DNA of 63,285 nt, the filler included, from Octopus bimaculoides (Eukaryota): NCBI RefSeq assembly GCF_001194135.2. It is 8 parts of 7 records of this genome, joined end to end, with 100 filler letters (N's around TTAATTAATTAA, not from the genome) between each part and the next. Parts side by side here need not be neighbours in the genome. Positions count along the whole stretch, not along the records: positions 25,146 to 31,435 come from NC_068982.1; positions 31,536 to 46,310 come from NC_068988.1; 6 more parts are not named here. One strand, given 5' to 3'. Every line of letters begins with the position of its first letter. The stretch's first letter is position 1. The position numbers and the translations under genes are program-made. Of the stretch, positions 26,570 to 38,288 are shown in pieces. Under the pieces are notes generated by a model. That model made no database searches, was not told the origin of the DNA, and was given only the letters and a program-made list of their open reading frames with translations.

Positions 26570-27430
26570 CTTGAAGTAGTTTTCCATAAATATTCTTTTC
26601 TCATTGCGTTTGGTGGAGACGACCACGTGTTCAGGTCAGCTGACCTCCATGACAGTCTACCAGTTTTCTTTCCTATCGCTGACATCTCTGAATCAGACTT
26701 GTTTTATAAACCTTTTGCAGAACTTTTGACGGGGATATTCCGCTAGTTCTTCCTGTATTCACCATCAGACTATTTACTGACGGGCAATCTTTTCTGCAGA
26801 CGACATTGTATATTATTTTAACCACATCATGTTGGAAAGCAAGGCAGTATCTAATTGATAGCCATGTGACAAAAATGTGATCTAATCGACATTTCCGGTT
26901 ACGTCATGTTTGCTTCAACGCTTCACTGAGTTTTATTCACAAGATGTCTTGTAGCTATCTTCTGTATTTGGATATAAAAAAACTTTACAATGTGACGTAA
27001 TGATCACGAGTCCAAGAGAGACGTTCCATCTCAAATCAATATTTTCATGGTACACTACACCTCTGCATAGCTCGTTGCTTATTATTATTATTAGTAGTAT
27101 TAGTATGCAGGGTGTTGCTCTTCCTCATCATTCTTGAGTTACGTTTATTCAGCAATTCTGGGGTCACATGGGAGGTAATCGTGAGTGTGAGATCTTGTGC
27201 TGTTCTAACTTGTAGGACGTTATTCAGATTGGACTAGCGTACCTTTGTTGAGCTACCCAAAACCGTTAGTTCTACGTTCGTTATTTTCTTCGTTTTGGAG
27301 TGGCATTTATCGATATTGGCATTGCTATCAATGACCGAAGTCCCGCGTGGGGAAATTTTCCAGTTAAGTTGTGTAAAATGTGTTTCTTTCATTAATAACA
27401 GAATATAAAGAAAACGTCAGCTGATTTAGG
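26570..27430 (-). mobile_element. Further degraded copies of the same REL-LINE family
   Basis: NRKCRL...RYCLAFQHDVVKIIYNVVCRKDCP; WNIPVK-like and MEVS motifs at 26600-26900. 27100-27430 is only weakly readable. Confidence 0.5.
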
Positions 27431-27618
27431 CTGAGTTATGTATGTATGTATGTTTGTATGTATGTTTGTATGTATGTATGTATGTATGCATGTATGTATG
27501 TATGCATGCATGTATCTATGTCATTGTTTTATTTCAGTTCAATTTTATTTCAAGATTTCTTGCTAATAGAAAGAACCTCAATCACAGGGTATTTTTTTTG
27601 TATGTATGTATGTATGTA

Positions 27619-27649
<31 letters not shown>

Positions 27650-27699
27650 ATGTATGTATGTATGTATGTATGCTTTATGTATGTATGCTTTATGTATGT

Positions 27700-27985
27700 A
27701 TTCTCATGCATATAGCTACATATCTAGACATGCTCATATATATTTAAATGATAAACATCTGGAAAGTTTTACAGATTTTTGCAGTCCCAGTGATAGATTG
27801 GATCTGTAGTCTTCGAATCAGCAATCTCCTTTCTGGTTTTGAGAAGCCTAATTTTTCAAGATTAGCATTTAGGCAGTGTGTTACATATCCCAGGGCCTTA
27901 ATAATTACAGGTATAAACATTAACTTGTAATCTGGATAGAGTAACTGCAGATTTCTCAGTAGTTCGGCATAGGCGTTCTCTTTTT
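27700..27985 (-). mobile_element. REL-LINE (CRE/NeSL-like group) 3' end, well preserved
   Basis: Reverse strand reads KENAYAELLRNLQLLYPDYKLMFIPVIIKALGYVTHCLNANLEKLGFSKPERRLLIRRLQIQSITGTAKICKTFQMFII-stop (stop at 27744-27746), then a short 3' UTR. (CATA)n on both sides. Clade assignment is from recall. Confidence 0.75.
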
Positions 27986-28054
27986 ATGTATGTATGTATG
28001 TATGTATGTATGCACGCATGTATATGTGCAGATTTGTATGTCTTGTTTTATGTA

Positions 28055-28900
28055 TGTATTCTCATGCATATAGTTGCATATCTAGACATGCTCTTGTATG
28101 TATGTATGTATGTATGTATGTATGTATGTATGTATGTATGTATACGAATTAGATTAGTCTCTTGTTTGCTTGATAACTTCAATTATCCAAACCGATAATT
28201 TAATTACGTGACCAAATCCTTCTAAGGATGTAATTACAAATGTACAGATTTCATTTGTAAAGAGAAACTGATCGCTTAAAAGCAATAGTTCTCACTAGTT
28301 TCAAAAGAAATATTCGCCCCTTCATCGAAGGTTTTCTTTTCTGCCTCAAACAACCATATCGGGCTTGTTATGTTTTGCTCTTCAAGTTTTGATGGGAATA
28401 TTCTTTCTCTTGAAACCTGTGTATGTACAAAACAATAAATTTATCTTCTACGTTTACCATAGAACGATATTTTCTATGGACGCCATTGTATACTGTTTCA
28501 GTTAAAACACCATGGCGCAATGCTTACCTTCAGGAAATCTTTGAGCTACAGTTGATCACGTGGGTAATGTCTTCCATAGGACTATGACATAATCGACATT
28601 TTCTGTAATGTCGTTGGAGATGTTGAAGCATTTCATTGTCCGTTTTGTTCAATGTATATTTTGTAAGAACCTCTTGTTTTCAGATAGCAAAAGCTTAACC
28701 TTCAACAATATCTTGTGGTATCGATGTGAGTCTTATACATACTCCAATTCGTGGGTAAGACGCCTTTTATTTTCACACGAAAATGTTTCTCTTCAAAGAT
28801 TATTAAGGTGCATTTGTGCAGTAGTTCTGGACACGTATAGAAGGTCATCGGGAACAAAATATTTCTTAAGGAGTTTACTCATAAACCGAAAAGCATTTTT
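28055..28900 (-). mobile_element. Older REL-LINE copy of the same family
   Basis: RKCRLCHSPMEDITHVINCSSKIS...LRH (CCHC finger + RHD region); NKPDMVV; degraded C-terminus ending LIR. Its 3' UTR (gagcatgtctagatatg..ctatatgcatgagaatac) matches the one at 27697-27737. Confidence 0.7.
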
Positions 28901-29139
28901 CTCTTAAGTCCTGAGCACTAAATCTATGCATTTAGTTTTGCTGCTGATGCTTAGCAAATGATGTCTAGGTGATACCATACAACACTGAAAGGTTTTCAGA
29001 ACACTCGCGCGCGCACACACACACACACGTACACACACGCATAAACAAACAAACAAACAATGTATATAAAGTAAAAACTGTTTATTACAACCATGCATAA
29101 TGTTATCAAATGTTTATTTTTATCAAAATTAAGGCGGCA

Positions 29140-29974
29140 AAAGGCAGTGGGCTGACAAAATTGTCAACATGCTGGACAAATATTTTGCAGCCACATTTCA
29201 GGCATCTTAATGTTCTCAGTTCAAATTCGACAGAGGTCGACTTTGCTTTTCATCCTTTCGGGGTCGATAAATAAAGTACCAGTTGAACACTGAGTTCGGT
29301 TTAATCGACTTAACCACTCACTCAAAGTTGCTGGCCTTGTGCCAAAATTTGAAGCCAAAATTACGACAGCAAGCTGGCAGAATCGCTAGCATGCCGTACA
29401 AAATGTTTAGCGGCATTTTTTCCAGTTCAATCTCCACCGAGATCGACTTTACTTTTCATCCTTTCGGGGTCCATAAAATAACTACTAATCAAATACTGGG
29501 GTTTATGTAATCGACCCATTAATTCAGACCTTGTACCTATAGAAGAAAAGAGATTAGTCCCGTTACAATTGACCCCCGAGGGATGAAGCGTAAAGTTGAT
29601 CTCGGCAAGATTTGAACTCAGGACATAAACAGCCGAAAGAAATATCACAAGGCGTTTTGTCCGACGACCTTATAATTCTGTTAATCTACCACCATTAACT
29701 GTTCTTAATTAGTTTACTTCATGGTTAGAAATTTAGAAGAGACTTGGATAGCAGATTATATTCTTTTCTACTCTAGGCACAAGGCCCGAAATTTTCGAGA
29801 AGGGGACCAGTCGATTAGATCGACTCCAGTGCGTAACTGGTACTTAATTTATCGACCCCGAAAGGATAAAAGGTAAAGTCGACCTCGGCGGAATTTGAAC
29901 TCAGAACGCAGTGGCAGACGAAATACCAATAAGCATTTCGCCCGGCGCGCTAACGGTTCTGGCAGCTCGCCGCC
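29140..29974. mobile_element. Cluster of four SINE family B copies: two (+) then two (-)
   Basis: About 29140-29370 (+), 29375-29560 (+), 29570-29690 (-), 29770-29974 (-, close to consensus). Confidence 0.85.
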
Positions 29975-30217
29975 TTGACTGCCACCACCAATATTACCAA
30001 CGCCACAACCGCCACCACCAAAAGCAGCAACCAATTTCTCTTTGTATAAATATCTTCTATTACTCATTCAATAAAATTTCTCAGACGCTACCACCATTCG
30101 TTGTATTCAGGCTCTGCTGACTGCCCCGTTATAAATGTGTGCGCGCGCGTACGTGTGTGTGTGTGTGTGTGTGTGTGTGTATTTGTGTGTGCGTGTGTGC
30201 ATGCGTGCGTGTGTGTA

Positions 30218-30280
<63 letters not shown>

Positions 30281-30374
30281 AGGCAAATTTGTTTCTTGTT
30301 TGCATTTTTGCAAATCGAAAAATTATTGCTGACTTTATTCTTGGCTAGAGAGAAAGAGAGAGAGAGAGAAGGAG

Positions 30375-30439
<65 letters not shown>

Positions 30440-30528
30440 CACATATGTATAGGTATATATCTAGATAGATAGGTTGATAGATAGATAGACAGAGAGACAG
30501 AGAGAGATAGACAGACAGATAGATAGAT

Positions 30529-30565
<37 letters not shown>

Positions 30566-31126
30566 AGTAGTATGAGATCGCAAATACATGTGTATACATA
30601 CACTCATACATATACACAAACATATACACGCTCATAAATACACACGCACACATACACATATGCGTGCATGCTTGTGTGTGTGTGTGCGTCTTTGTGTCTG
30701 AGTGTGTACGTGTGTACAAGTTTTGAATATCGGCATAAATAACGACATAAAATGAAAGCTAATACTGTAAAAGATGTACAGTACACGCACACACACACAT
30801 ACATACACATATTTATGCTCATGTACAGAGCCATACATACATTCACACTAAGACACACACACACACACACATACTTGCAAACTCGTCCCACTGCTCTGTA
30901 CATAAGATTTCTACTGAGGGGGCAAAACTATTTTAAGACCCGTGTAATATCGACCAGATGACAGTCAGGTGAACAGCCAGGATTAAGATCAAAGTCATTG
31001 CGAAAATAGTAACAATATATGCATTAATCTACACAAATAGTTGCCTATATCTACATGTACGTATGTATGTATGTATATATACATATAGGCAGATATGTAA
31101 TGATATATGTGTATACATATATATAT

Positions 31127-31768
31127 GAGGTATTTCGTGTTGCAAGACAGTGTAGGAGAGAGAATAGTGATGTTGTAGGAGAGAAATGTGTTCGCATGGA
31201 TGATGGTACGCTTGCACTAAATGAGGATGCAAAGAAAGAGGTCTGGAGATGCCACTACGATAGATTGCTTAATAAAGAGAATGAATGGGAGAAAGAGAGC
31301 CTGCCGTATGTCGACCCAATAGAGGGACCAGCTATCCGAGTTGATAGTACCAGGGTAGATAAAGCAATTAAGAGTATGAAGACCGGGAAAGCCCCCGGCC
31401 CATCAGGAATCACTGCAGAGATGCTCAAAATATCTNNNNNNNNNNNNNNNNNNNNNNNNNNNNNNNNNNNNNNNNNNNNTTAATTAATTAANNNNNNNNN
31501 NNNNNNNNNNNNNNNNNNNNNNNNNNNNNNNNNNNGTGGCACATAAAAGACACCATTTCGAGCGTGGCCGTTTTCGTGCGGGTGACACGTAAAAGCACCC
31601 ACTCCACTCTCCGAGTGGTTGGCGTTAGGAAGGGCATCCAGCTGTAGAAACTCTGCCAAATCAGACTGGAGCCTGGTGTTGCCATCCGGTTTCACCAGTC
31701 CTCAGTCAAATCGTCCAACCCATGCTAGCATGGAAAGCGGATGTTAAACGATGATGATGATGATGATG
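31127..31768 (+). mobile_element. RTE-clade LINE, 5'-truncated, spanning an assembly join
   Basis: 31127-31435 is an open frame EVFRVARQ...GEKCVR...KKEVWRCHYDRLLN...VDKAIKSMKTGKAPGPSGITAEMLK, the segment just before the RT domain in RTE elements. 31536-31768 is a 3' UTR-like sequence ending in a (GAT)n tail, in the same orientation. Confidence 0.8.
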
Positions 31769-31959
31769 AAAGCTGGTTTCTGTGCCTGTCCTTACCTGTG
31801 GTCATTAATGTTAGGTAATGCATGAAAGAATACAATCACAAATACAAACAGTCAAAATTGGGTTCCTTCAAAGGATCTCAGGAATAATGTTACTTGGCAG
31901 GGTGCATAGCCCAGAGGCCAAAGAAATTTCCCCAGGTTGAGTCACAACTTCTCTGCTTT

Positions 31960-32380
31960 GATAGGTCACAGCTCTGGCACTGTGGATATGTGGTTAGAAT
32001 GTATCAGGAAAGAATCGCAAGACAGATTCTTCAAGAGAAGCCAACTGGCAGGAGACTAAGGAGTAGACCAAAAGTGAGATGGTTAGATAATGCCCATAGT
32101 CTCGGTGGGTTTCATCATCATCATCATCATCATCGTCATCGTTTTACGTCCGCTTTCCATGCTGGCATGGGTTGGACGATTTGACTGAGGACTGGTGAAA
32201 CCGGATGGCAACACCAGGCTCCAATCTCATTTGGCAGAGTTTCTACAGCTGGATGCCCTTCCTAACGCCATATTTTCTACTTGAAAATTCAGCTGGAAAG
32301 TGTCATGAGGGTTGCTTCTGAAAGGACCCTGTGGAGGAGGTACCAGAGGACTCTGCCTTCGTGACACCCCACCATCCTTC
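31960..32380 (+). mobile_element. Degraded RTE-type ORF C-terminus, interrupted by an inverted RTE tail
   Basis: CGYVVRMYQERIARQIL...PTGRRLRSRPKVRWLD, resuming after 32270 as LKIQLESVMRVASERTLWR. This resembles the RTE C-terminal GHV.RM...GKR.RGRP..RW.D pattern. Confidence 0.65.
32113..32270 (-). mobile_element. RTE 3' tail copy with (GAT)n tail
   Basis: Reverse complement matches 31620-31768 with about 5 mismatches over about 130 unique nt. More diverged tail copies lie at about 9570-9750 (+), 36020-36090 (-), 37521-37630 (-) and 61985-62040 (-). Confidence 0.85.
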
Positions 32381-32589
32381 CACCAGAAATAGTTGGTGTA
32401 GAAGAGAAATAGATGGTTGGATAATTAATGATACTAATGATGATCTTTTTTTTAGAAGTTGCAAATCATAGATTTAAAAGCGAAGATTGATAGGTGAGGT
32501 GGTTGCTAGAGAATTGTGTTAGAAATTATTGTTTTATTTAAGTGAAAAAGTTTTTGCTCAGAAATGAAGCAAGGTTATAGATTGTGCAG

Positions 32590-32797
32590 ATTCTTATTTC
32601 TTTATTGCCCACAAGGGGCTAAACATAGAGGGGACAAACAAGGACAAAGGGATTAAGTTGATTACATTGACCCCAGTGCGTAACTGGTACTTATTTATCG
32701 ACCCTGAAAGGATGAAAGGCAAAGTCGATCTTGGTGGAATTTGAACTCGGAACGTAACGGCAGACGAAATATTGCTAAGCATTTCGCCCGGCGTGCT
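32590..32797 (-). mobile_element. SINE family B with intact 3' tail
   Basis: Reverse complement of the consensus including the tail ...CCCCTTGTGGGCAATAAAGAAATAAG. Other (-) copies at about 19635-19740, 38555-38710, 41600-41730, 44870-45010, 48605-48785, 48805-49015 and 58370-58510; a (+) copy at 21545-21690. Confidence 0.85.
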
Positions 32798-32809
32798 AAT
32801 GTTTCTGTG

Positions 32810-33175
32810 TGCAGACATGGCTGTGTGGTTAAGAAGCTCACTTTGCAACCACATGGTTTTAGGTTCAGTCTCACTGCATGGCACCTTTCTCAAATGTCTT
32901 CTGCTATAATCTTAGGCTGTCAATGTTTTGTAAGAGAATTTGATAAATGGAAACTGTGTGGAAGCTTACTGTCTGTGTGTTTGTGTTTGTTTTTTTTCTT
33001 CCTCCCACCATATGTTGACAGCCAGTGTTGGTTTGTTTATGTCCTCGTAACTTAGTGGTTTAACAAAAAAGATCATCAAAGTAAGTACTGGAGCTAATTT
33101 GTTTGACTAAGACCCTTCAAGGTGGTGTCCCAACATGGTTGCAACCCAATGACTGAAACAAATAAAAAATAAAAG
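32810..33175 (+). mobile_element. SINE family A, near full length
   Basis: Collinear with 399-815; short central tract; head-to-head with a family B copy. Confidence 0.8.
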
Positions 33176-33879
33176 ACAGTAACTCCTTTTCCTTCTTTTT
33201 GTAAGATAAGTACTAGGCCATGCATTTTCAGAGCATGTGTAGCTCCTTATATTGACACTCACTCCCAGTACTTGATTTGTATTTTATTGATCTGAGAAGG
33301 ACGAAGGGCAAACATAATGTTGATAGGTTTTTAACCCGGATGTAAATAACGTAACAAAATTTCGTTTGCAAAGTATTTGTTTACTTCTGTATTGATTTCA
33401 CTTTAATAATAAACACCATTTGTTTGGATAGTGTCATGGCCTTCTTTTGTTGGACACTCTGAGCTTTTGGTATTAATACTGCTTTTGTCACTATTAATCA
33501 TGCCTGCTGGCTTTTTGTGACACCAGTGTCTGAAAAGACACTGAAATTCTATATATTGTTGATAGTGACATTCAGCTGTTATGCTCTTATGTCACTACTG
33601 GACGTCCACCACTGAGAAGACTGGGCAAGTTGAAATCCTGTGATCTGGCAGTTCTGGCACTTGGAGCAGACAATTCTCGTCTGCCAACAATATAAATATG
33701 AGTGCCTTTATGAGACATCCTCTCAAGGTAAATAAAATAGTATTTGGTGTTCTAACAAAGCGTTCATGTTAAGTTGGCCATAGAGCCTTTTCGTATTAAT
33801 ACTGCTTTTGTTACTATTAATAACACTTTTTGTTTTTATCAAAAGAGTTAATATCCATTCTGGTATTTTCAAATTTCAG

Positions 33880-33934
33880 CAATTATTGAACAATGTCAAA
33901 GAGTCTGCAAGTTAACAAGTAAAAAGCTGAGCGA
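33880..33934 (+). CDS. SPTLC1: Serine palmitoyltransferase 1, internal exon (equivalent to human exon 12)
   Basis: aaatttcag|CAATT...AGCGA|gtaagt; 55 nt, phase 1 in / phase 2 out; reads (x)IIEQCQRVCKLTSKKLS(D). Joins in frame to the next exon. Size and phase match the human exon encoding GIFAVLKEKCGQIHKALQG as I recall it. Sequence similarity in this exon alone is weak. Confidence 0.85.
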
Positions 33935-35274
33935 GTAAGTAGCTTATATATTTATATTTAATATAATGTATGTTACACTTAACATAATATACATTATATT
34001 TAATATAATATACATTATTATACTTAATATATAATATATTTATGATCTGAGATTAGTATAAGATATGTCTTATACTAATGGTGTCACAGGGGTGTCATCA
34101 TTACACATGATATCTCCCAGTAGCTTATTGTAGACCTGGTGGATCTCATCCCTCTCCGTGTCTGATGATGACCAATTTCTTCTAGACAGAGAGGGAGAGA
34201 GCGAAAGAGAGAAAGGGAGTGAAGGAGGAAGAAAAAGAGAGAAGAATTGACTTCTTGTATAAAACTGGTATTTTACTGACCTTGAAAAGTCAATACTTAT
34301 TGGCCACAACACACTACATCACATTACATTATCACTGACACATGTTTCTGCCAACACAACAGCAACTGATCTCTCTACACAACAGATAGAAGAGACATTA
34401 ACCTTTAAGATACTGAAAGCATTTAACTAACACATTTCTTGTCCCACATTCCTTTCATTAAGTCTTGTGAGTACATTTGGTAGATGGAAACTGAAGGAAG
34501 CCTGTCTTTTATATATAGATATATAAATTCTTATAAATCTGATGCTGATTATAGTAGTTCAAATAAAACCAAATGCATTGTGGTTTATTATCCTCTTTGC
34601 AAATTGAATCAAAAGTAACAATAAATTCTTTTTATGGATTAATTAATAAACATTTAAATAAAGATAAGTATAGTGAAATAATTGATTCTAAAAATATAAG
34701 GGTTGGTTATTGCTTATAGAAGAACCTTTTTGGAATTATATCCTCAATGAACAATGGAAAATTGGATAATTAACTAAGGCAGTAAGCATCCGTATATACA
34801 CACAAGCGCACACACATACACAAATGAACATACACTCACACAAACTAAAATAGACCATAGACATCCATGTCTTGTAAAATTTTTTCTTTTATTTTTACTA
34901 TTAATTTATTATTTCATTATTTTCATTATTCATTATTAATCTTTATTTTTATCCTTTATTTTATTTTTATATACTTCATTATTATTATTTTTGTTATTAT
35001 ATTTAAATGAATATTAATGCATGCGCACACACATACATATAATAAATACGCTTTCATCTACTTAGTCTGTTGGAGCATCTCAACCGATCAACGTGTAAAC
35101 TCTAATGTCCTTTGCCCTGCAGATATTTCACTCAAGATTTTCAAAAGGCAAACTTATTATTATTATATATGTTTTGCAATATGTATTGGGTGTGAATTGA
35201 AACAATTGTAGGCAATGTTAATAAATTAATTTATATCCATTAAATCTCTCCATTTTCTTAATAATAATTACCGA

Positions 35275-35565
35275 GGTAGTGAGTGCAATTACTGGACTAG
35301 GTTGTGCGTTGTGTTCTTCAGCAAGACACTTTATTTCACATTGCTCCAGTTCACTCAGCTGTAGAAATGGGTTGTGACATCACTGGTGCCAAACTGTATT
35401 GGCCTTTGCCTTTCCCTTGGTTAACATCAGTGGCATAGAGAAGGGAGGCTGGTATGCATGGGCGACTGCTCATCTTCCATAAACAACCTTGCCTGGACTT
35501 GGGTCCTAGAGGGGAACTTTCTAGGTGCAACCCCATGGTCATTCATTACTGAAGGGAGTCTTTAC
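35275..35565 (+). mobile_element. SINE family E (CORE-like central block) in the SPTLC1 intron
   Basis: GTGTTCTTCAGCAAGACACTTTATTTCACATTGCTCCAGTTCACTCAGCTGTAGAAATGGG resembles CORE-type SINE cores; head degraded. Confidence 0.55.
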
Positions 35566-35569
35566 TTTT

Positions 35570-35600
<31 letters not shown>

Positions 35601-35771
35601 CTTTTCTGTATATGTTAACGTGCTTTTAAAGTTTGCTTTTGTTAATGTACATTTTTGAAATTGGTAATAAGAACCAAGGCTGGTTATGCTTGTATCACTA
35701 GATATCTATTTGCTTTTTCTTATTCAAATGCTTCCTAAATGTCATTTTTCTTTTTCTTTTTACTTTCTCAG

Positions 35772-35889
35772 TATTGATGGTCTTGACCTACATGGAGCTG
35801 AAGAATCTCCTGTAAAGCACCTCCGGCTAACAGAACCTAGCGATGATAACGACATTGACAATAGAACCCTGCAGAGGATTGCAGACATT
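35772..35889 (+). CDS. SPTLC1: Serine palmitoyltransferase 1, internal exon (equivalent to human exon 13)
   Basis: tactttctcag|TATTGAT...GACATT|gtaagt; 118 nt; IDGLDLHGAEESPVKHLRLTEPSDDNDIDNRTLQRIADI aligns with human [39 protein letters not shown]. Confidence 0.93.
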
Positions 35890-35929
35890 GTAAGTCACCT
35901 GTATATCAAAGTTCATTAAAACACACAGC

Positions 35930-35983
<54 letters not shown>

Positions 35984-36617
35984 AAGGAACACAGAAAGCA
36001 TTATTGGTATTAATTATTATCATCATCTGCCCAGGTTCTGATAGTCTGTTTTGGTATGGTTTCTACACCTGGATGCCCTTCCTAATGCCTGTACATGTTT
36101 CATAAGACTTGCAAAACACCTATAATGTGAGAATAAAATTCTGTTACATGAACAAATACTGCTAGCCCCTTTTGTTGGCATTTGTTCATGTAACTGAGTT
36201 TTATGCTGATGTAATGAATATTTTCACGTTTTATGTTTTCCTTTCTTTTTATGTAAGATTCATGGACTCTAGGAGTGTGGAACCGATCTACTGTGTCCTT
36301 TTCTTTTGGTAACATGTTGCACCTATCAGCACACATTTTGAATAGTGTGTGTTTATATATATTTTTTTATATATATATATATTCAAAATTCAAATAAGTT
36401 ATCATTATCTTTAAAAAAATAATGATGAAGTGGCCAGCAAACATAATAGTCAAAATATATATTAAAAGTCAGGATACAATATTTACCTGTTTGCTTGAAA
36501 GAAGAGTTAAAACTCTCCAAAACCATGCATCTCTCACTATATGTAAACATGCATGGAGAATGTAGCAAATATACTTAGAAAAACAGTTGTCCCCATTTGT
36601 AAAACTATAAAGAGGAG

Positions 36618-36655
<38 letters not shown>

Positions 36656-36851
36656 CAATTCATAACAATGTGATTAAATTAGCATTGCCTTTGAAGGAAT
36701 AATCTGAATGCTAAAGGGTTAATTGTGCCACAGTGGTTGTTTGCCAGAACTAAAGAGCTTTCCCTATGTTAGTGAATTAACTAATTTTCTATTTGAAGAT
36801 TTGTCTGTATTAAAAAAACAGTGTATTGATATGCAAACAATTCTATTTCAG

Positions 36852-36922
36852 GCTATAAAGGAAGGTGTTGCATTGACTGTCACTAACTATTTAGAAGATG
36901 AATACTGGATGCCAAAACCAAG
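36852..36922 (+). CDS. SPTLC1: Serine palmitoyltransferase 1, internal exon (equivalent to human exon 14)
   Basis: ttctatttcag|GCTATA...CCAAG|gtaaaa; 71 nt; AIKEGVALTVTNYLEDEYWMPKP(S) aligns with human [24 protein letters not shown](S), one residue shorter. Confidence 0.93.
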
Positions 36923-38288
36923 GTAAAAAGAAATTTATCATATGATAATATGTGTATTATTCTCTATTCAGTAATATATATTTTCAAACTTGAAAGAAGA
37001 GGTAGCTAATGTATTTTATGTAGTTTTTTTTTTCATTTACAATTTATGCAATATATTAAGAGTTTAACATATAACATTAACCATCTCTAGTGTTTTTGTG
37101 TTAGGATCTTTTTTTTTAGTGTTCGATCCTCGTTTCCTCTCTTAGATGCATTTTAGAATGCAGGTATAAATATATTCAAATGTTTTGGTAAAGACACTAA
37201 CGATATATGCACAAGTGTAACTGTGTGGTAAGAAGCTTGTTTCCCAACTACATGGTTCCAGGTTCATTCTCACTGCATGGCACCTTGGACAAGTGTTTTC
37301 TACTATAGCCTCGGGCCGACCAAAACCTTGTGAGTAGATTTGGTAGATAGAAACTGAAAGAAGCTCATCGTATATATATATATGTGTGTATGTATATATA
37401 TATGTGTGTATGTATGTATANNNNNNNNNNNNNNNNNNNNNNNNNNNNNNNNNNNNNNNNNNNNNNNNNNNNNNNNNNNNNNNNNNNNNNNNNNNNNNNN
37501 NNNNNNNNNNNNNNNNNNNNTCATTTAATGTCTGCTTTCCGTGCTGGCATGGGTTGGACAGTTTGACTGAAGGCTGGCAAACCAGAAGGTTGCACCAGGC
37601 TCCAATCTGATATGGCAGTGTTTCTACATTTATAAACAATTTTGTTTTATTTTATTTTACAAAACTATTCCTCTGCAAAAGTTACATATTGGTAACCAAT
37701 TCATATTAGAAACTCAGTCTCCCGTATGTTTTTATCTGGGATTTTAATTGCATATCAATTGTTGTTGATAGTGAGTTGAACTGAAATCTTATATTTTAAT
37801 AAAAACTTGAGAGAAAAGAAGAGTTTCTTCATTAACTATATTGAACTACCATTTTTTAAATATTCTTTTAGCACTGAAAAGTTTGAGATTAAACATTACT
37901 GCATGGGACTGAGTATTTTCTGTTCTCTGCATGTGCATTTGAGATACAAGACCAGAGTTAACTTGTTTCTGATAGTGGAGTACTTTCAACTAGAAAATCT
38001 CAAAAAATTCTGTCTGACCCATTGTGAGCTTGGAAAAGTAGATGTTAAAATGATGATGATGATGAGTAGAAAGAAGTGAGAACTGATTACACCACCACCA
38101 CCACCAAAACTTTAGCCAGTCTATTGAGGTTTAAGCATACCAGATTTTGAATTTCTTTGATAATTCCTTACTTCAGAAGAAATGTTCATGTATTGCTGAG
38201 ATATTTAATTCCTGAGTAGTTTTGAGATTTCTGTTTACATTTCTCTTAGTCTTTGACAATTTTCTCCCAACTGATTTTTCTTTCACAG

